A stretch of DNA of 64,000 nucleotides from the NCBI GenBank assembly GCA_964616865.1, contig CAZTUQ010000001.1, positions 8,713 to 72,712 on the forward strand, in the 5' to 3' direction. Below the pieces are notes generated by a model that searched no databases, had not been told where the DNA came from, and worked only from the letters and a program-made list of their open reading frames with translations. Source of the DNA: an uncultured Muribaculaceae bacterium (GTDB lineage Bacteria > Bacteroidota > Bacteroidia > Bacteroidales > UBA932). This document shows, one piece after another, positions 45,731 through 56,204 of the stretch (its first letter is position 1; each line of letters begins with the position of its first letter). Position numbers and translations under genes: made by a program.

Positions 45731-46048
45731 TCACAATGTTTTACGCACTTCGAAAAGCCGGAGTTTGAGCGCTTCCAGTATCTCGATGGCACGCGCCACC
45801 TTATTGACGGAACTGTGGTCGACAGCAAGCTGTTTCTCCGCACCTTCGATAGTGAGCCCCTTTTCCTTGAGCAGATACTTGACGGTCCGGAGGGCTTCGA
45901 TGTCCTCTTCGCGGAACTGCCGGTTGCCCTTGGCATTGCGGCGCGGCTTGACATAGCGCGGAAACGAATCAGACCAGTACCGGACCGTAGAGTCCGGCAC
46001 CTCAAGCATTTCGGAGACTTCTCCGATAGTATAGAACAACTTTTTCAT
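45731..46048 (-). CDS. MerR family HTH transcriptional regulator
   Basis: KLFYTIGEVSEML....STVRYW...F..VKPRRNAKGNRQF, YLLKEKGLTIEGA. Confidence 0.9.
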   Translation of the reverse strand: MKKLFYTIGEVSEMLEVPDSTVRYWSDSFPRYVKPRRNAKGNRQFREEDIEALRTVKYLLKEKGLTIEGAEKQLAVDHSSVNKVARAIEILEALKLRLFEVRKTL

Positions 46049-46051
46049 TGT

Positions 46052-46969
46052 CTAATCCAACGATTGTCCTGTCTTTACGGACATATACATCATCTTGACA
46101 TAATCCGACGGATCCACCGATGCAAAGAAATAATTCACAGGATCAACGGGGACACCGTCCTTGAGCACTTCATAATGCAGGTGTGCCGCATACGCATTGC
46201 CGGAGATACCCACTTTTCCTATCATCTTGCCTGCACGCACGGTCTGTCCGCGGTGCACATCTATATCTCCGAGGTGGCAATAACGCGTCACATAGCCCCC
46301 GGGATGTGTGATTTCCACCACATTGCCATTCCCCTTGCGGGAACGGGTCACCGCACTGACAATGCCTCTGCCGGTGGCATACACGGGATCGTCCTGCGAT
46401 GCAATGATATCCAGCCCGTCATGACGGCTTTCGACCTTGTAAAAAGGATTCTGCTTGAGTCCTGTTCCGGCACCGACCTGGGCGTATGTGACATTGCCGA
46501 GCGGCAACTTGAGAGGAGGCACGGAATCGGGCGACGAGGCAAGACGCTCCATCACCCTAGAGAGGTTGTCCTCCACAGAGGAAGCCGTCACCTCGACCAC
46601 ACTTATCTTGTGCGCGGTATAGTCCACGAGATCCTTGTCTTTGACAGAGTCTCCTGCCGATATTATATCCATGTCCGAATTGAGGTCCAGCCCTGGCGCA
46701 TCGGCCTTGAATATCTCCTTGTATATGGCGTTGTCTTTGGCCTGAAGCCCCCTGATGACATCCTCGACGAGCCTCTCCCGCTCCACCATTTCCTCGAATG
46801 TCCTGGAATACAGCCTGTTCTCCCCTATCAGCCGCCTCTCGGTATCGGTGCTGAACACCAATGCGAAGAGGGTATAGTATATAATGGACATCACTGCCGT
46901 GACCAGCACAAAACGCACCAGCCTCAGCAATATCCTACCGAATGCGATATGTTTCCTGCCGTCACTCAT
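46052..46969 (-). CDS. M23 family metallopeptidase
   Basis: N-terminal TM; HDGLD (HxxxD), YCHL, AHLHYEV. Confidence 0.88.
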   Translation of the reverse strand: MSDGRKHIAFGRILLRLVRFVLVTAVMSIIYYTLFALVFSTDTERRLIGENRLYSRTFEEMVERERLVEDVIRGLQAKDNAIYKEIFKADAPGLDLNSDMDIISAGDSVKDKDLVDYTAHKISVVEVTASSVEDNLSRVMERLASSPDSVPPLKLPLGNVTYAQVGAGTGLKQNPFYKVESRHDGLDIIASQDDPVYATGRGIVSAVTRSRKGNGNVVEITHPGGYVTRYCHLGDIDVHRGQTVRAGKMIGKVGISGNAYAAHLHYEVLKDGVPVDPVNYFFASVDPSDYVKMMYMSVKTGQSLD

Positions 46970-47967
46970 GGCCTATGTCTGTAATTGGGGTCAAGTATCG
47001 CCTCGCCGCTCTCATCCACCTTGCCTACCATATCCTCATATTCATCCGCAGGCATGCCGAAATCAAAGAAATTGTAAGGATTGACGGCATTACCTCTATA
47101 GCGCACCTCGTAGTGCAGGTGAGGCCCTGTGGACTTGCCTGTGCTGCCGACCGCACCTATACGCATGCCACGGCTCACGCGCATGCCTTCCACCACATTG
47201 GTAGTCAGCAGATGAGCATACCTGGTCGTATAACCGAATCCGTGATCCACCGTGATGATATTGCCGTATCCGCGGAACTGGTACTTGACAGACTCCACCA
47301 CTCCGTCTCCCGTCACATATACCGGAGTCCCTTTCTTGGCGGCAAAGTCTATACCCTCGTGCCTCCTGCGCGTACCGTAAATGGGATCGACACGGGAACC
47401 GAATGTACTCGTGATACGAGCCACGCCTTTTTTTGTGGACACCGGCGGGATTGCCGGCAGGCAAGACGCCATATCTCCGGCCTTACGGCTCATGTTGGCG
47501 ACATCGTCGAATGACTTGCTCTGCAGATAAGTCTCTTTGGTAAGGCGGTCCAGTCGCAATATGGTCTTGCGGAGGTCACTATCGTTGCCAAGCCTGTCGA
47601 GATAGCGATACCTATCGGCTCCTATCAGTCCGGCATTGAGAGCCTCCTGTGGAATAGGATTCATCCCGAATATGGAACGGTAGACCTCACCATTACGCAT
47701 CTCCAGCCCCTCCAATGCCTCTTCGCAGCGGTCCAGATTGCGGTTCATAATGGCGACACGGGCACTCCAGGCATCATTGGAACGCTTCAGGAGCATTGTT
47801 TTGGGCGCCTCCAGGCCGAGCACTCCGAAATATATCCACCCGTACAGCACAAACATCGCCAGACTCAATACAAAGCCCCACAGCACACGCAATGCGCGCC
47901 TGCGTCCGCTCCCCGGCTCCAGTATCAGTTCATCGGGATTGAGGTTGTATTGTTCCAACTTGCCCAT
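46966..47967 (-). CDS. M23 family metallopeptidase
   Basis: N-terminal TM and coiled coil; HEGID, YAHL, STGPHLHYEV. Confidence 0.9.
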   Translation of the reverse strand: MGKLEQYNLNPDELILEPGSGRRRALRVLWGFVLSLAMFVLYGWIYFGVLGLEAPKTMLLKRSNDAWSARVAIMNRNLDRCEEALEGLEMRNGEVYRSIFGMNPIPQEALNAGLIGADRYRYLDRLGNDSDLRKTILRLDRLTKETYLQSKSFDDVANMSRKAGDMASCLPAIPPVSTKKGVARITSTFGSRVDPIYGTRRRHEGIDFAAKKGTPVYVTGDGVVESVKYQFRGYGNIITVDHGFGYTTRYAHLLTTNVVEGMRVSRGMRIGAVGSTGKSTGPHLHYEVRYRGNAVNPYNFFDFGMPADEYEDMVGKVDESGEAILDPNYRHRP

Positions 47968-48005
47968 ATCCGGGCAAATATACCTATTTTATTTCAAATA
48001 GAGGG

Positions 48006-48746
48006 TCAGACCTGCTTGAAGCTGTCCTGCAACGACTTGCAGTATGTCCTGCCGATCGGTATGCTCAACATGGCAAACGGCTCACATATCTTGATCTGCG
48101 TCAGTCCTATCAGTTTTACCTTTTTGAGATTGACGATAAAGGACTGGTGGCACTGGCGGAACTGCGGTCCTATACGCAATATGTCACGCGCTGTAGTACC
48201 CTTGCGAAGCGTCAGCGACAGGACATCACTGATCATTGCCTCCCACAGTTTCTTTGCGCTGTCATAACGGAAAAACACAATGTCGTCCCGGACAATCGGC
48301 ATGAGCTCGTTGTTGAGTGTACGCACCGCCAGAGTATCCGCACCGATGCCGTCCCTATGGATGGCGCTGACCTCGCCTCCGGCAAGATAACGCCTGAGCA
48401 CCCTGTCCAGTTCGTCATGCGTAAACGGATTGAGCAGATAATCGTCCTCTCCGTGACTGAATGCCTCACGGCTGATATAGGGATAGAATGCCGTAAAGAC
48501 CACCACATACAATCCCGGGCATGCTTCTCTCGCCCGACGCAGCACTTGCAGGCCATTGCCGTCAGGCAACCTCAACCCAAGAAACATCAGATCCGGAGAC
48601 TGGGACTTGAACACAGCCAGGGCATCTTTTTTGGTCCCTACTACCCATGCCGTCTCAAACTCCGAATAACGGTCAAGCATGCTTTGCAACTCCTCTCTGA
48701 CAGAGGGATCATCATAAACTATAAGTGCCTTTCTCAGCTTAGTCAT
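48006..48746 (-). CDS. Orphan LytTR-family regulator with atypical (pseudo) receiver domain
   Basis: Start 48746; receiver fold (ALIVYDD...PDLMFLGLRLPDGNG...VVFTAF...DYLLNP) and LytTR tail (FRQCHQSFIVNL, IPIGRTY). Confidence 0.85.
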   Translation of the reverse strand: MTKLRKALIVYDDPSVREELQSMLDRYSEFETAWVVGTKKDALAVFKSQSPDLMFLGLRLPDGNGLQVLRRAREACPGLYVVVFTAFYPYISREAFSHGEDDYLLNPFTHDELDRVLRRYLAGGEVSAIHRDGIGADTLAVRTLNNELMPIVRDDIVFFRYDSAKKLWEAMISDVLSLTLRKGTTARDILRIGPQFRQCHQSFIVNLKKVKLIGLTQIKICEPFAMLSIPIGRTYCKSLQDSFKQV

Positions 48747-48949
48747 GACTAATTGTATGATAAGTATTTCTAAAATAGAAATAAAAATACAACCAATAAT
48801 TCTCTTGTTACTAAATAGCAAAAAACAAAAACCATTCCGCTATTTTCGGGGATTAATCAAAGAGCGCCTACCCGCATTTACAGATAGACGCCCAGTTTCA
48901 CGCGCATAGCCATACAACACGCATGGCTCCGCAACGAGTCTTTATATCA

Positions 48950-51046
48950 CTATCGGATAATCCCCAGACTGCGGAGCAAAGCCTCCGGTGCAGGATTGTG
49001 TCCGCGGAAGATTCTATAAGACTCCGCCTCATCACGATTGCTGCCCATTTCCAGGATATTGTGACGGAACGATCCGGAGACTTCCGTATTGAAAATCCCC
49101 TTCTCCTCAAAGAGGCTGAACGCGTCTGCTGCAAGCACCTCCGCCCATTTGTAGGCGTAATATCCAGCAGCATATCCTCCGGAGAACAAATGGGTAAATG
49201 CGGTAGAATGGCAGGTGCCGGGGATGGCAGGAAGTACAGAGCAGGGAGCGGCCGCCACATGCTCAAACTCCTCCACGGACTGCTCCGGGACTGCCGTCAC
49301 TGTGTGCCATGCCATGTCCGTATAGCCAAAACCGAGCTGCCTGATATGATAGTAGGCAGATAGATAGTTCTTGGCCGCAACGATGCTGCGTATATATTCC
49401 TCTGGTATAGTCTCCCCTGTCTGCCAGTGCTTGGCAAAACGCTTGAGGTACTCGGGCTCATATCCCCAGTTTTCATTGATCTGGGAGGGCAATTCCACAA
49501 AATCATGAGCAACGCTCGTACCGCAGAGGCTGGTGTAGCGTCCTTTGGCAAGCATTCCATGGAGAGCATGGCCAAATTCATGGAGGAATGTGGTCAATTC
49601 GTCATGGGTCAGCAGCGAAGGGGTATCGCCGGTAGGTTTGGAGAAATTGCATACAATGCTGACAAGCGGTCTACGCTCCACTCCATTCTCGATGCTCTGT
49701 CCACGGAACTCGGTCATCCATGCACCTGCCCTCTTGCTCGGACGGGGATAGAAATCCGCATAGAACAAAGCCAGATGGCTGCCGTCGGCATCCTTGACAT
49801 CATATACCTTGACATCGGGGTGATACCCCGGAATGTCCGTGCGCTCACTGAAACTGACACCATAGAGGGTATTTGCGAGGCCGAATACAGCATTGATACA
49901 GGAGTCGAGACGGAAATAAGGCTTGAGCATACCATCGTTGAGAGAATACAACGAATCCTTGTATTTCTCTGACCAATAGCTGAAATCCCACGGTTGCAAC
50001 TCTTTATCCTCAAATCCGTTGGCACGGGCAAACGCCGTAACCTCCGCAACTTCCTTCTTGGCTGCCGGCATGGCAGGCTCGAGGAGCTGCCTGAGGAATG
50101 ATTCCACCGTAGGTACATCTTTAGCCATCTTGTCCTCCAACTGATAGTCGGCGAATGTCCTGTAGCCAAGCAGCTGTGCCTTGCGAAGCCTCAGACCGAC
50201 TATCTTCTTGACTATCCCGGAGTTGTCAGAATCACCGCCGAGAGCACGGGAATTGTATGCTCTCCAGAGCTGCTCCTTGAGTTCGCGGTCTCCGCTGAAC
50301 TGCATGAACGGCCTGTAACTCGGTGCGCTGAGCGTAAATGTCCATCCGCTCTGCCCTGCCTCCCTGGCAGTCTCCGCCGCAGCCGCCTTGACGAAATCGG
50401 GCAGGTCCGCAATACGGGACTCATCTGTCACATTGAGTGAGAATGCATTGGTGGCGGCAAGAGCATTCCTCGAGAACTCGAGCGTGGCAAGAGAAAGTTC
50501 CTCTGAGACCTTGCTGAATGCCTCTTTGTCCTCCGGAGAGAGATTGGCACCATTGCGTGCAAAAGACTTGTAGGTCTTTTCGAGCAGACGCATCTGATCC
50601 TCTGCCAGACCGAGTCCGTCACGCTGGTCATATACCGCCTTGACACGCTGGAACAGTTTGTCATTGAGCGATATATACATCGAATATTCATTGTCGAGAG
50701 GAGCGACTTCCTCGGCTATAGCCTCCATCTCCGGACTGTTGTCAGCCTCCATTACATTGTAGAATATGCCGGCAACACGCGCGTATGTACTGCCGGAGAA
50801 CTCCAAAGCCTCGATTGTATTGGCAAATGTAGGGGCCTCAGGATTATTTGCGATGGCATCGATTTCCGCCTTGCCCTCCTTGATGCTCTGCTTGAATGCA
50901 GGGAGGTAGTGTTCAGTACGGATATCGTCAAAACAAGGTGCTCCATAAGGGAGCGAGGATTCTTTCAACAGGGGATTTTCCATTGTACAGGCTGTCATTA
51001 ATGCAATCACGGCGACTGCCGCTGCGGAAATGGAGCTACATCTCAT
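48950..51046 (-). CDS. dcp: M3 family metallopeptidase (peptidyl-dipeptidase Dcp), lipoprotein
   Basis: Start 51046 (ATGA overlap), LMTAC lipobox; FLHEFGHALH, DFVELPSQ..ENW, GYYAYKWAE. Confidence 0.92.
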   Translation of the reverse strand: MRCSSISAAAVAVIALMTACTMENPLLKESSLPYGAPCFDDIRTEHYLPAFKQSIKEGKAEIDAIANNPEAPTFANTIEALEFSGSTYARVAGIFYNVMEADNSPEMEAIAEEVAPLDNEYSMYISLNDKLFQRVKAVYDQRDGLGLAEDQMRLLEKTYKSFARNGANLSPEDKEAFSKVSEELSLATLEFSRNALAATNAFSLNVTDESRIADLPDFVKAAAAETAREAGQSGWTFTLSAPSYRPFMQFSGDRELKEQLWRAYNSRALGGDSDNSGIVKKIVGLRLRKAQLLGYRTFADYQLEDKMAKDVPTVESFLRQLLEPAMPAAKKEVAEVTAFARANGFEDKELQPWDFSYWSEKYKDSLYSLNDGMLKPYFRLDSCINAVFGLANTLYGVSFSERTDIPGYHPDVKVYDVKDADGSHLALFYADFYPRPSKRAGAWMTEFRGQSIENGVERRPLVSIVCNFSKPTGDTPSLLTHDELTTFLHEFGHALHGMLAKGRYTSLCGTSVAHDFVELPSQINENWGYEPEYLKRFAKHWQTGETIPEEYIRSIVAAKNYLSAYYHIRQLGFGYTDMAWHTVTAVPEQSVEEFEHVAAAPCSVLPAIPGTCHSTAFTHLFSGGYAAGYYAYKWAEVLAADAFSLFEEKGIFNTEVSGSFRHNILEMGSNRDEAESYRIFRGHNPAPEALLRSLGIIR

Positions 51047-53481
51047 ATCTTTGTCAATTTGTTTTTCTCTTCTTTGCTCGTGCCGGGAGTGGTCTTCCAA
51101 GACTGCGGCTCACGGAATCCAAGCAGGAACTCCTTGACCGCCATACGCTTCTTGCCCGAGAGTTGAAGTTCGTCTATACATACGGCACCGTCGCTTGTGC
51201 GCACTGCCAGCAGGGACTTGCCGTCACTTATGATCTCACCAGGAGCACCGGTATCCGACGGGACATGTGCCGACGCGGAGAATATCTTGAGTTGCAAAGG
51301 TTTCTCGCCCTCATGATATACCTCGGTGTATGCTGCCGGGTAAGGGCTCAGACCTCTGATGAGGTTGCATATATTCACGGTAGTGTCATTCCAGTCGATG
51401 TGGCACAGTTCGCGGGTGAGTTTCGGAGCCGGCTTGAGTTCTTCTGCGCCTTGGATAAAACTGCGCTGCACGCGAGTCTCTACATTGCCCTCGATTATGC
51501 CCTCGACCGTCTCTGCCACCAGACCTGCGCCTATGCCCATCAGTGCATCGTGCACATCCCCGGCAGTAGCCCCTTCGGGAATCCTGTATTCCTGACGGAG
51601 AATGATGCCTCCGGTATCTATATCCTTGTCTATCATGAATGTAGTGACACCGGTCATGCGCTCTCCGTTGATGACTGCCCAATTGATAGGGGCCGCTCCC
51701 CGATACTGGGGCAGGAGTGCGGCGTGCAGGTTGAATGTGCCGAGCCTGGGCATATTCCAGACCTCTTCGGGCAGCATGCGGAACGCCACGACGACAAACA
51801 TGTCAGCCTTGAAATCTGCCAGCTGCCGCAGGAATTCCGGGTCTTTGAGTCTGACCGGCTGGAGTACCGGTATGCCATGTGCGATGGCGAATTTCTTGAC
51901 CGCGCTCTCATTCACCTTGAGACCGCGTCCGCTGGGCTTGTCCGCCACGGTCACCACGCCCACGACATTATAGCCGTCATTTATCAGGCGTTCGAGCGGA
52001 GCGACAGCAAACTCCGGCGTGCCCATATATACAATACGTGTCTTTCTGAATATGCTCATTATCTTACTCTTTATCTTGCGCAGACGGGATGCCAATGTAT
52101 CATTGGAGAACAAAGACGCATCATTGATGGCTTTGTATGTCAGGAACGCCCCTATGGGGCCGAGCACATAGGCGGATATGAATGCACCGCTCAGCGGGTC
52201 AAGAGCGCCGTCCTTGGCCAGTTTGGTACCGGTGATATCCACGACCCAATACAACACAAAGAACAGCACCGAGATGATTGCCGGCACGCCGAGACCGCCC
52301 TTGCGTATAAGAGCACCGAGAGGCGCACCTATAAAGAACATGATGAAGCACGCGAGCGCACCTGCATATTTTTTGAGTATCTCCAGACGCGAGCGCCTCA
52401 GGTAGAATGTGTATTCGTACGCCTCACGGCTGAAATTGTCCATCTCCCCTATCATCTGCTTGGCACGGGAAGCCGCCCTCTCATAGGCATGCTGCTCATC
52501 GCGCCGGCTTTCCCATGTCATGAACTTGTCAGACTGGAAATTGTCCAGCCCCTTGGCGATGAATGCCGTATCGAGCTGCCTATGCTTGGTGAGACTCGCA
52601 TCGGTGACCACCTTGCGGAAGTGTTCGTCGTGAGTCTTTTTCTCCACCTCGGAGAGCGAATCCCTCTGATTGGTCAGCTGACTGATATTCATAGCCTTGG
52701 TCTGTCCGGCAAAGCGGTCGTCCTTGGTCTTCTGGAATGCGTAATTCTCCAGAGGGACTATCAACTGCTGACGGGAGAAATCGACTTTCTGCAGTTGCAG
52801 GGTCGTATCCCGGTATTTCATCTGATTGCTTTCCTGATAGTTTATGCCGCTATACAGGGTGAATGTCAGATAATCCTTGCTGCGGGACATCTTGATACTC
52901 GCGGAGTCCGCCAGAGTGAGTGCTACATTGCCCTTGCTCTGCGAATGGTCGTAGACCATGACATCGCGCATGATGCCGGTATGCTCATCCGTCTCTTCTA
53001 CTCTGAGGATATAGCCGTCTATACCGTCATAGAAAGTACCTGCCGGAATCTTGATCTCGGATTTGGTCTTGCCTATGTCATCGCGCAACATATAAATCTT
53101 GTTGTACGAATACGGCACCAGATTGTTGGAGGCATAGAACGCACCGACGCTGATGGCCGCACTGGCTATAATCAGAGGGGTCATCACGCGGGAGAACGAT
53201 ACGCCGGAGGCCTTCATGGCCATCATCTCGTTATTCTCCGACAACTGTCCCATGACCATCATGGAAGCGAGCAGAGTGGACAACGGCAGAGCCAGAGGCA
53301 GCACCGTACAGCATCCCCACAGCAGAAACTCGGCGATAATGCTCAATTCCAGCCCCTTACCGACAAGTTCGTCGATATAGAGCCACAGAAACTGCATCAT
53401 CAGGATGAATATCACCACAAATAGGATCGCGACAAACGGTCCTATAAATGATGACAGTATGAATCGGTCGAGCCTTTTCAA
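51043..53481 (-). CDS. fmt: Fusion protein: LptF/LptG-family LPS export permease (aa 1 to about 474) plus methionyl-tRNA formyltransferase (about aa 475-812)
   Basis: One uninterrupted 812-aa frame. N-part: LDRFILSSFIGPF, LSENNEMMAMKASGVS, FFIGAPLGALIRKGG. C-part: RIVYMGTPEFA, DKPSGRG, VVAF, FNLHAALLPQYRGAAPINWAVINGE, DTG. Confidence 0.9.
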   Translation of the reverse strand: MKRLDRFILSSFIGPFVAILFVVIFILMMQFLWLYIDELVGKGLELSIIAEFLLWGCCTVLPLALPLSTLLASMMVMGQLSENNEMMAMKASGVSFSRVMTPLIIASAAISVGAFYASNNLVPYSYNKIYMLRDDIGKTKSEIKIPAGTFYDGIDGYILRVEETDEHTGIMRDVMVYDHSQSKGNVALTLADSASIKMSRSKDYLTFTLYSGINYQESNQMKYRDTTLQLQKVDFSRQQLIVPLENYAFQKTKDDRFAGQTKAMNISQLTNQRDSLSEVEKKTHDEHFRKVVTDASLTKHRQLDTAFIAKGLDNFQSDKFMTWESRRDEQHAYERAASRAKQMIGEMDNFSREAYEYTFYLRRSRLEILKKYAGALACFIMFFIGAPLGALIRKGGLGVPAIISVLFFVLYWVVDITGTKLAKDGALDPLSGAFISAYVLGPIGAFLTYKAINDASLFSNDTLASRLRKIKSKIMSIFRKTRIVYMGTPEFAVAPLERLINDGYNVVGVVTVADKPSGRGLKVNESAVKKFAIAHGIPVLQPVRLKDPEFLRQLADFKADMFVVVAFRMLPEEVWNMPRLGTFNLHAALLPQYRGAAPINWAVINGERMTGVTTFMIDKDIDTGGIILRQEYRIPEGATAGDVHDALMGIGAGLVAETVEGIIEGNVETRVQRSFIQGAEELKPAPKLTRELCHIDWNDTTVNICNLIRGLSPYPAAYTEVYHEGEKPLQLKIFSASAHVPSDTGAPGEIISDGKSLLAVRTSDGAVCIDELQLSGKKRMAVKEFLLGFREPQSWKTTPGTSKEEKNKLTKI

Positions 53482-53490
53482 AGCGGAACT

Positions 53491-56118
53491 TTATCTTGTG
53501 GCGAGTTCGACGAGTTTCTCAAGTGCCTCGCCCACACCGTCAGAGTTGCGGCCTCCGGCTGTAGCGAGCCCGGGCTGTCCGCCACCGCCTCCCTGTATGA
53601 ACTTGGCGGCTTCGCGGATGTCAGCACCGGCATTCTTGCCCTTAGCCACGAGATCGGGCGAATACATGAGCAGGAGCTGCGGCTTGCCATCCGACTCGGA
53701 TGCGGCGGCCAATGCGGTATTCTGCAGCTCTTTCTGCAGGAGGATGGCGGCCTCTCTCAACATGGCAGGGTCAAAATTCTCACTGGTGGAACTCCTCAAC
53801 ACTATGAGTTTGACGCCGTCGACCTCTTTGGCCTTGGCTGAAAGTTCCGAAGCGAGGTCTGCAGCCTTGCGCCTGGCAAATTCCTCGGCCTGCTTTTTCA
53901 GGTCCGCATTCTCAGAGACGAGTTTGCGTATGGCACCGGCGAGGTCGGGGACATTGTTGAAGAATGACCTTGCGGTCCTGAGGGTCTCCTGCACAGTTTC
54001 AGAATATATTTCCGCCTCTTCCCCGGTCACCGCCTCTATACGGCGCACTCCGGCAGCGATGGCGGATTCGCTCAATATCTGGAAATATCCGATGTTACCG
54101 GTCGCCGATGCATGGCATCCGCCGCAGAGTTCGACGCTCGGGCCGAACTTGACGACGCGCACCTTGTCACCATATTTCTCACCGAAGAGGGCGATTGCAC
54201 CCATGGCATTGGCCTCCTCCATAGTGGCGTCACGCTTCTCCTCGAGGGGACTGTTGGCGCGTATGGCGGCATTGACCATGTGCTCGACCTCACGGATCTG
54301 CGCATCAGTGAGTTTCTCGAAATGAGAGAAGTCAAAACGCAGATACTTGTCGCATACAAACGAGCCTTTCTGCTCCACATGAGTACCGAGGACCTTGCGC
54401 AGAGCAGCATCCAACAAATGGGTGGCGGTATGGTTGCCTGCAATCTTATTCCTGCGCTGCTCGTCCACAACGAGTTCAAACTCACCCTTGCAATTCTCAG
54501 GCAGGCGCTCTGCTATATGGACGGTCAGTCCGTTGTCCCTGATGGTGTCGAGAATCTTTATCTTTTCTCCGTCAGCGGATACTATATAACCGGTATCTCC
54601 TACCTCGCCGCCCATTTCTCCGTAGAAAGGAGTACGGTCAAATACGAGTTGGAGCATTTCTTTCTTTTTCTGCACCACGGTACGCTGCCTGAGCAGGCGT
54701 GCGCCATGGACTGTGGTATTGTCATAGCCGACGAACTCGGACACTCCGCTGGCGTATTCCACCCAGTCGCCGAATTCGTTGGAGGTCGCATTGCGGGCAC
54801 GCTCCTTCTGCTTCTGCAATTCCGCCTCAAATCCTTCCAGATCAACCTTATATCCATGCTCTGTAGCGATGAGTTCTATCAGGTCAAGAGGAAATCCGAA
54901 TGTATCGTAGAGTTTGAATGCGTCCGCACCGGAGATAAGTTTTGTGGCGGATGCGGCTGCCATGCAGTCGTCCATCAGTCTGATACCACGCTCGAGAGTG
55001 CGCAGGAACGCATTCTCCTCTTCGCGGATGACATTCTCGATGAGTTTCTGCTGATGCTTGAGCTCGGGATAGGCATCTCCCATGTCGCTGACGAGTTGGG
55101 GGACGAGACGGCAGAGGAACGGCTCGTTGAAGCCGAGGAATGTATAGCCGTAACGGACAGCACGGCGCAGGATGCGGCGGATGACATATCCGGCCTTGAC
55201 ATTGCCCGGCAACTGGCCGTCGGCAATGCTGAAACTGATGGCGCGGATATGGTCTGCAATAACGCGCATTGCCACATCTGCGTCTTCGTTATCTCCGTAG
55301 ACATGGCCGCTGAATTCTCCGATGCGGGCTATCATACCGCTGAACACATCGGTGTCGTAGTTGCTGTTCTTGCCCTGCAGCACGGCGCAGAGGCGCTCAA
55401 ATCCCATACCGGTGTCGATATTCCTTGCTGGCAGGTTTTCCAGATGGCCGTCTGCCATGCGCATGTACTGCATGAACACGATATTCCATATCTCAATGAC
55501 ATGTGGATGGTCATGATTGACCAGTTCGCGCGCAGGCACGCCATCGGCTTTCTCCTCAGGAGTACGGATATCTATATGGATTTCCGAGCAGGGACCGCAT
55601 GGGCCGGTATCTCCCATTTCCCAGAAATTATCGTGCTTGTTGCCGAGGAGGATATGGTCTTCGGGGAGATGTTTGAGCCATGCGGCCTTGGCCTCTTCAT
55701 CAAGAGCGGTGCCGTCTTCTGCAGAGCCCTCAAAGACAGTGGCATAGAGGAGGGACTTGTCGATTTTGTACACATCCGTGAGGAGTTCCCACGCCCAGTC
55801 GATAGCCTCTGTCTTGAAATAGTCGCCGAAACTCCAGTTGCCGAGCATCTCAAACATGGTGTGATGATAGGTATCGTGTCCCACCTCTTCCAGATCGTTG
55901 TGCTTGCCGCTCACGCGGAGACATTTCTGGGAATCCGTCGCCCTGTTGTATTTGCGCTCGGCGTTGCCGAGGAATATATCCTTGAACTGGTTCATGCCGG
56001 CGTTGGTAAACATCAGCGTCGGATCGTTCTTAACTACCATAGGTGCACTCGGCACCACGGTGTGTCCCTTGCTCGCAAAGAAATCGAGGAACTGCTGGCG
56101 TATCTCTTTTGAAGTCAT
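53491..56118 (-). CDS. alaS: Alanine--tRNA ligase
   Basis: Start 56118, [14 protein letters not shown]; [52 protein letters not shown]. Confidence 0.98.
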   Translation of the reverse strand: MTSKEIRQQFLDFFASKGHTVVPSAPMVVKNDPTLMFTNAGMNQFKDIFLGNAERKYNRATDSQKCLRVSGKHNDLEEVGHDTYHHTMFEMLGNWSFGDYFKTEAIDWAWELLTDVYKIDKSLLYATVFEGSAEDGTALDEEAKAAWLKHLPEDHILLGNKHDNFWEMGDTGPCGPCSEIHIDIRTPEEKADGVPARELVNHDHPHVIEIWNIVFMQYMRMADGHLENLPARNIDTGMGFERLCAVLQGKNSNYDTDVFSGMIARIGEFSGHVYGDNEDADVAMRVIADHIRAISFSIADGQLPGNVKAGYVIRRILRRAVRYGYTFLGFNEPFLCRLVPQLVSDMGDAYPELKHQQKLIENVIREEENAFLRTLERGIRLMDDCMAAASATKLISGADAFKLYDTFGFPLDLIELIATEHGYKVDLEGFEAELQKQKERARNATSNEFGDWVEYASGVSEFVGYDNTTVHGARLLRQRTVVQKKKEMLQLVFDRTPFYGEMGGEVGDTGYIVSADGEKIKILDTIRDNGLTVHIAERLPENCKGEFELVVDEQRRNKIAGNHTATHLLDAALRKVLGTHVEQKGSFVCDKYLRFDFSHFEKLTDAQIREVEHMVNAAIRANSPLEEKRDATMEEANAMGAIALFGEKYGDKVRVVKFGPSVELCGGCHASATGNIGYFQILSESAIAAGVRRIEAVTGEEAEIYSETVQETLRTARSFFNNVPDLAGAIRKLVSENADLKKQAEEFARRKAADLASELSAKAKEVDGVKLIVLRSSTSENFDPAMLREAAILLQKELQNTALAAASESDGKPQLLLMYSPDLVAKGKNAGADIREAAKFIQGGGGGQPGLATAGGRNSDGVGEALEKLVELATR

Positions 56119-56188
56119 AATCTCGTCACTTTCATATCTTAGGAGCCGCCCCGGCCACCACGGACGAAGCCTAAAACTCCACAAACTA

Positions 56189-56196
56189 CAAAAATA
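56189..56196 (-). promoter_or_regulatory. -7 promoter box for alaS-lptF/fmt-dcp
   Basis: TATTTTTG on the minus strand, about 70 nt upstream of alaS. Confidence 0.45.
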
Positions 56197-56204
56197 GCAC
56201 AAAA

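Noticed and set aside
50896-53424. 842-aa plus-strand ORF opposite the LptF-Fmt fusion
   Set aside because: Antisense shadow with no family signature. It does show that this region has few stops on either strand, which is why the fusion junction needs read-level confirmation.
54112-56112. 666-aa plus-strand ORF
   Set aside because: Antisense to alaS; no motifs or plausible composition.
56119-56188. Structured regulatory leader (T-box-like) for alaS
   Set aside because: Too short, no T-box consensus and no convincing stem.
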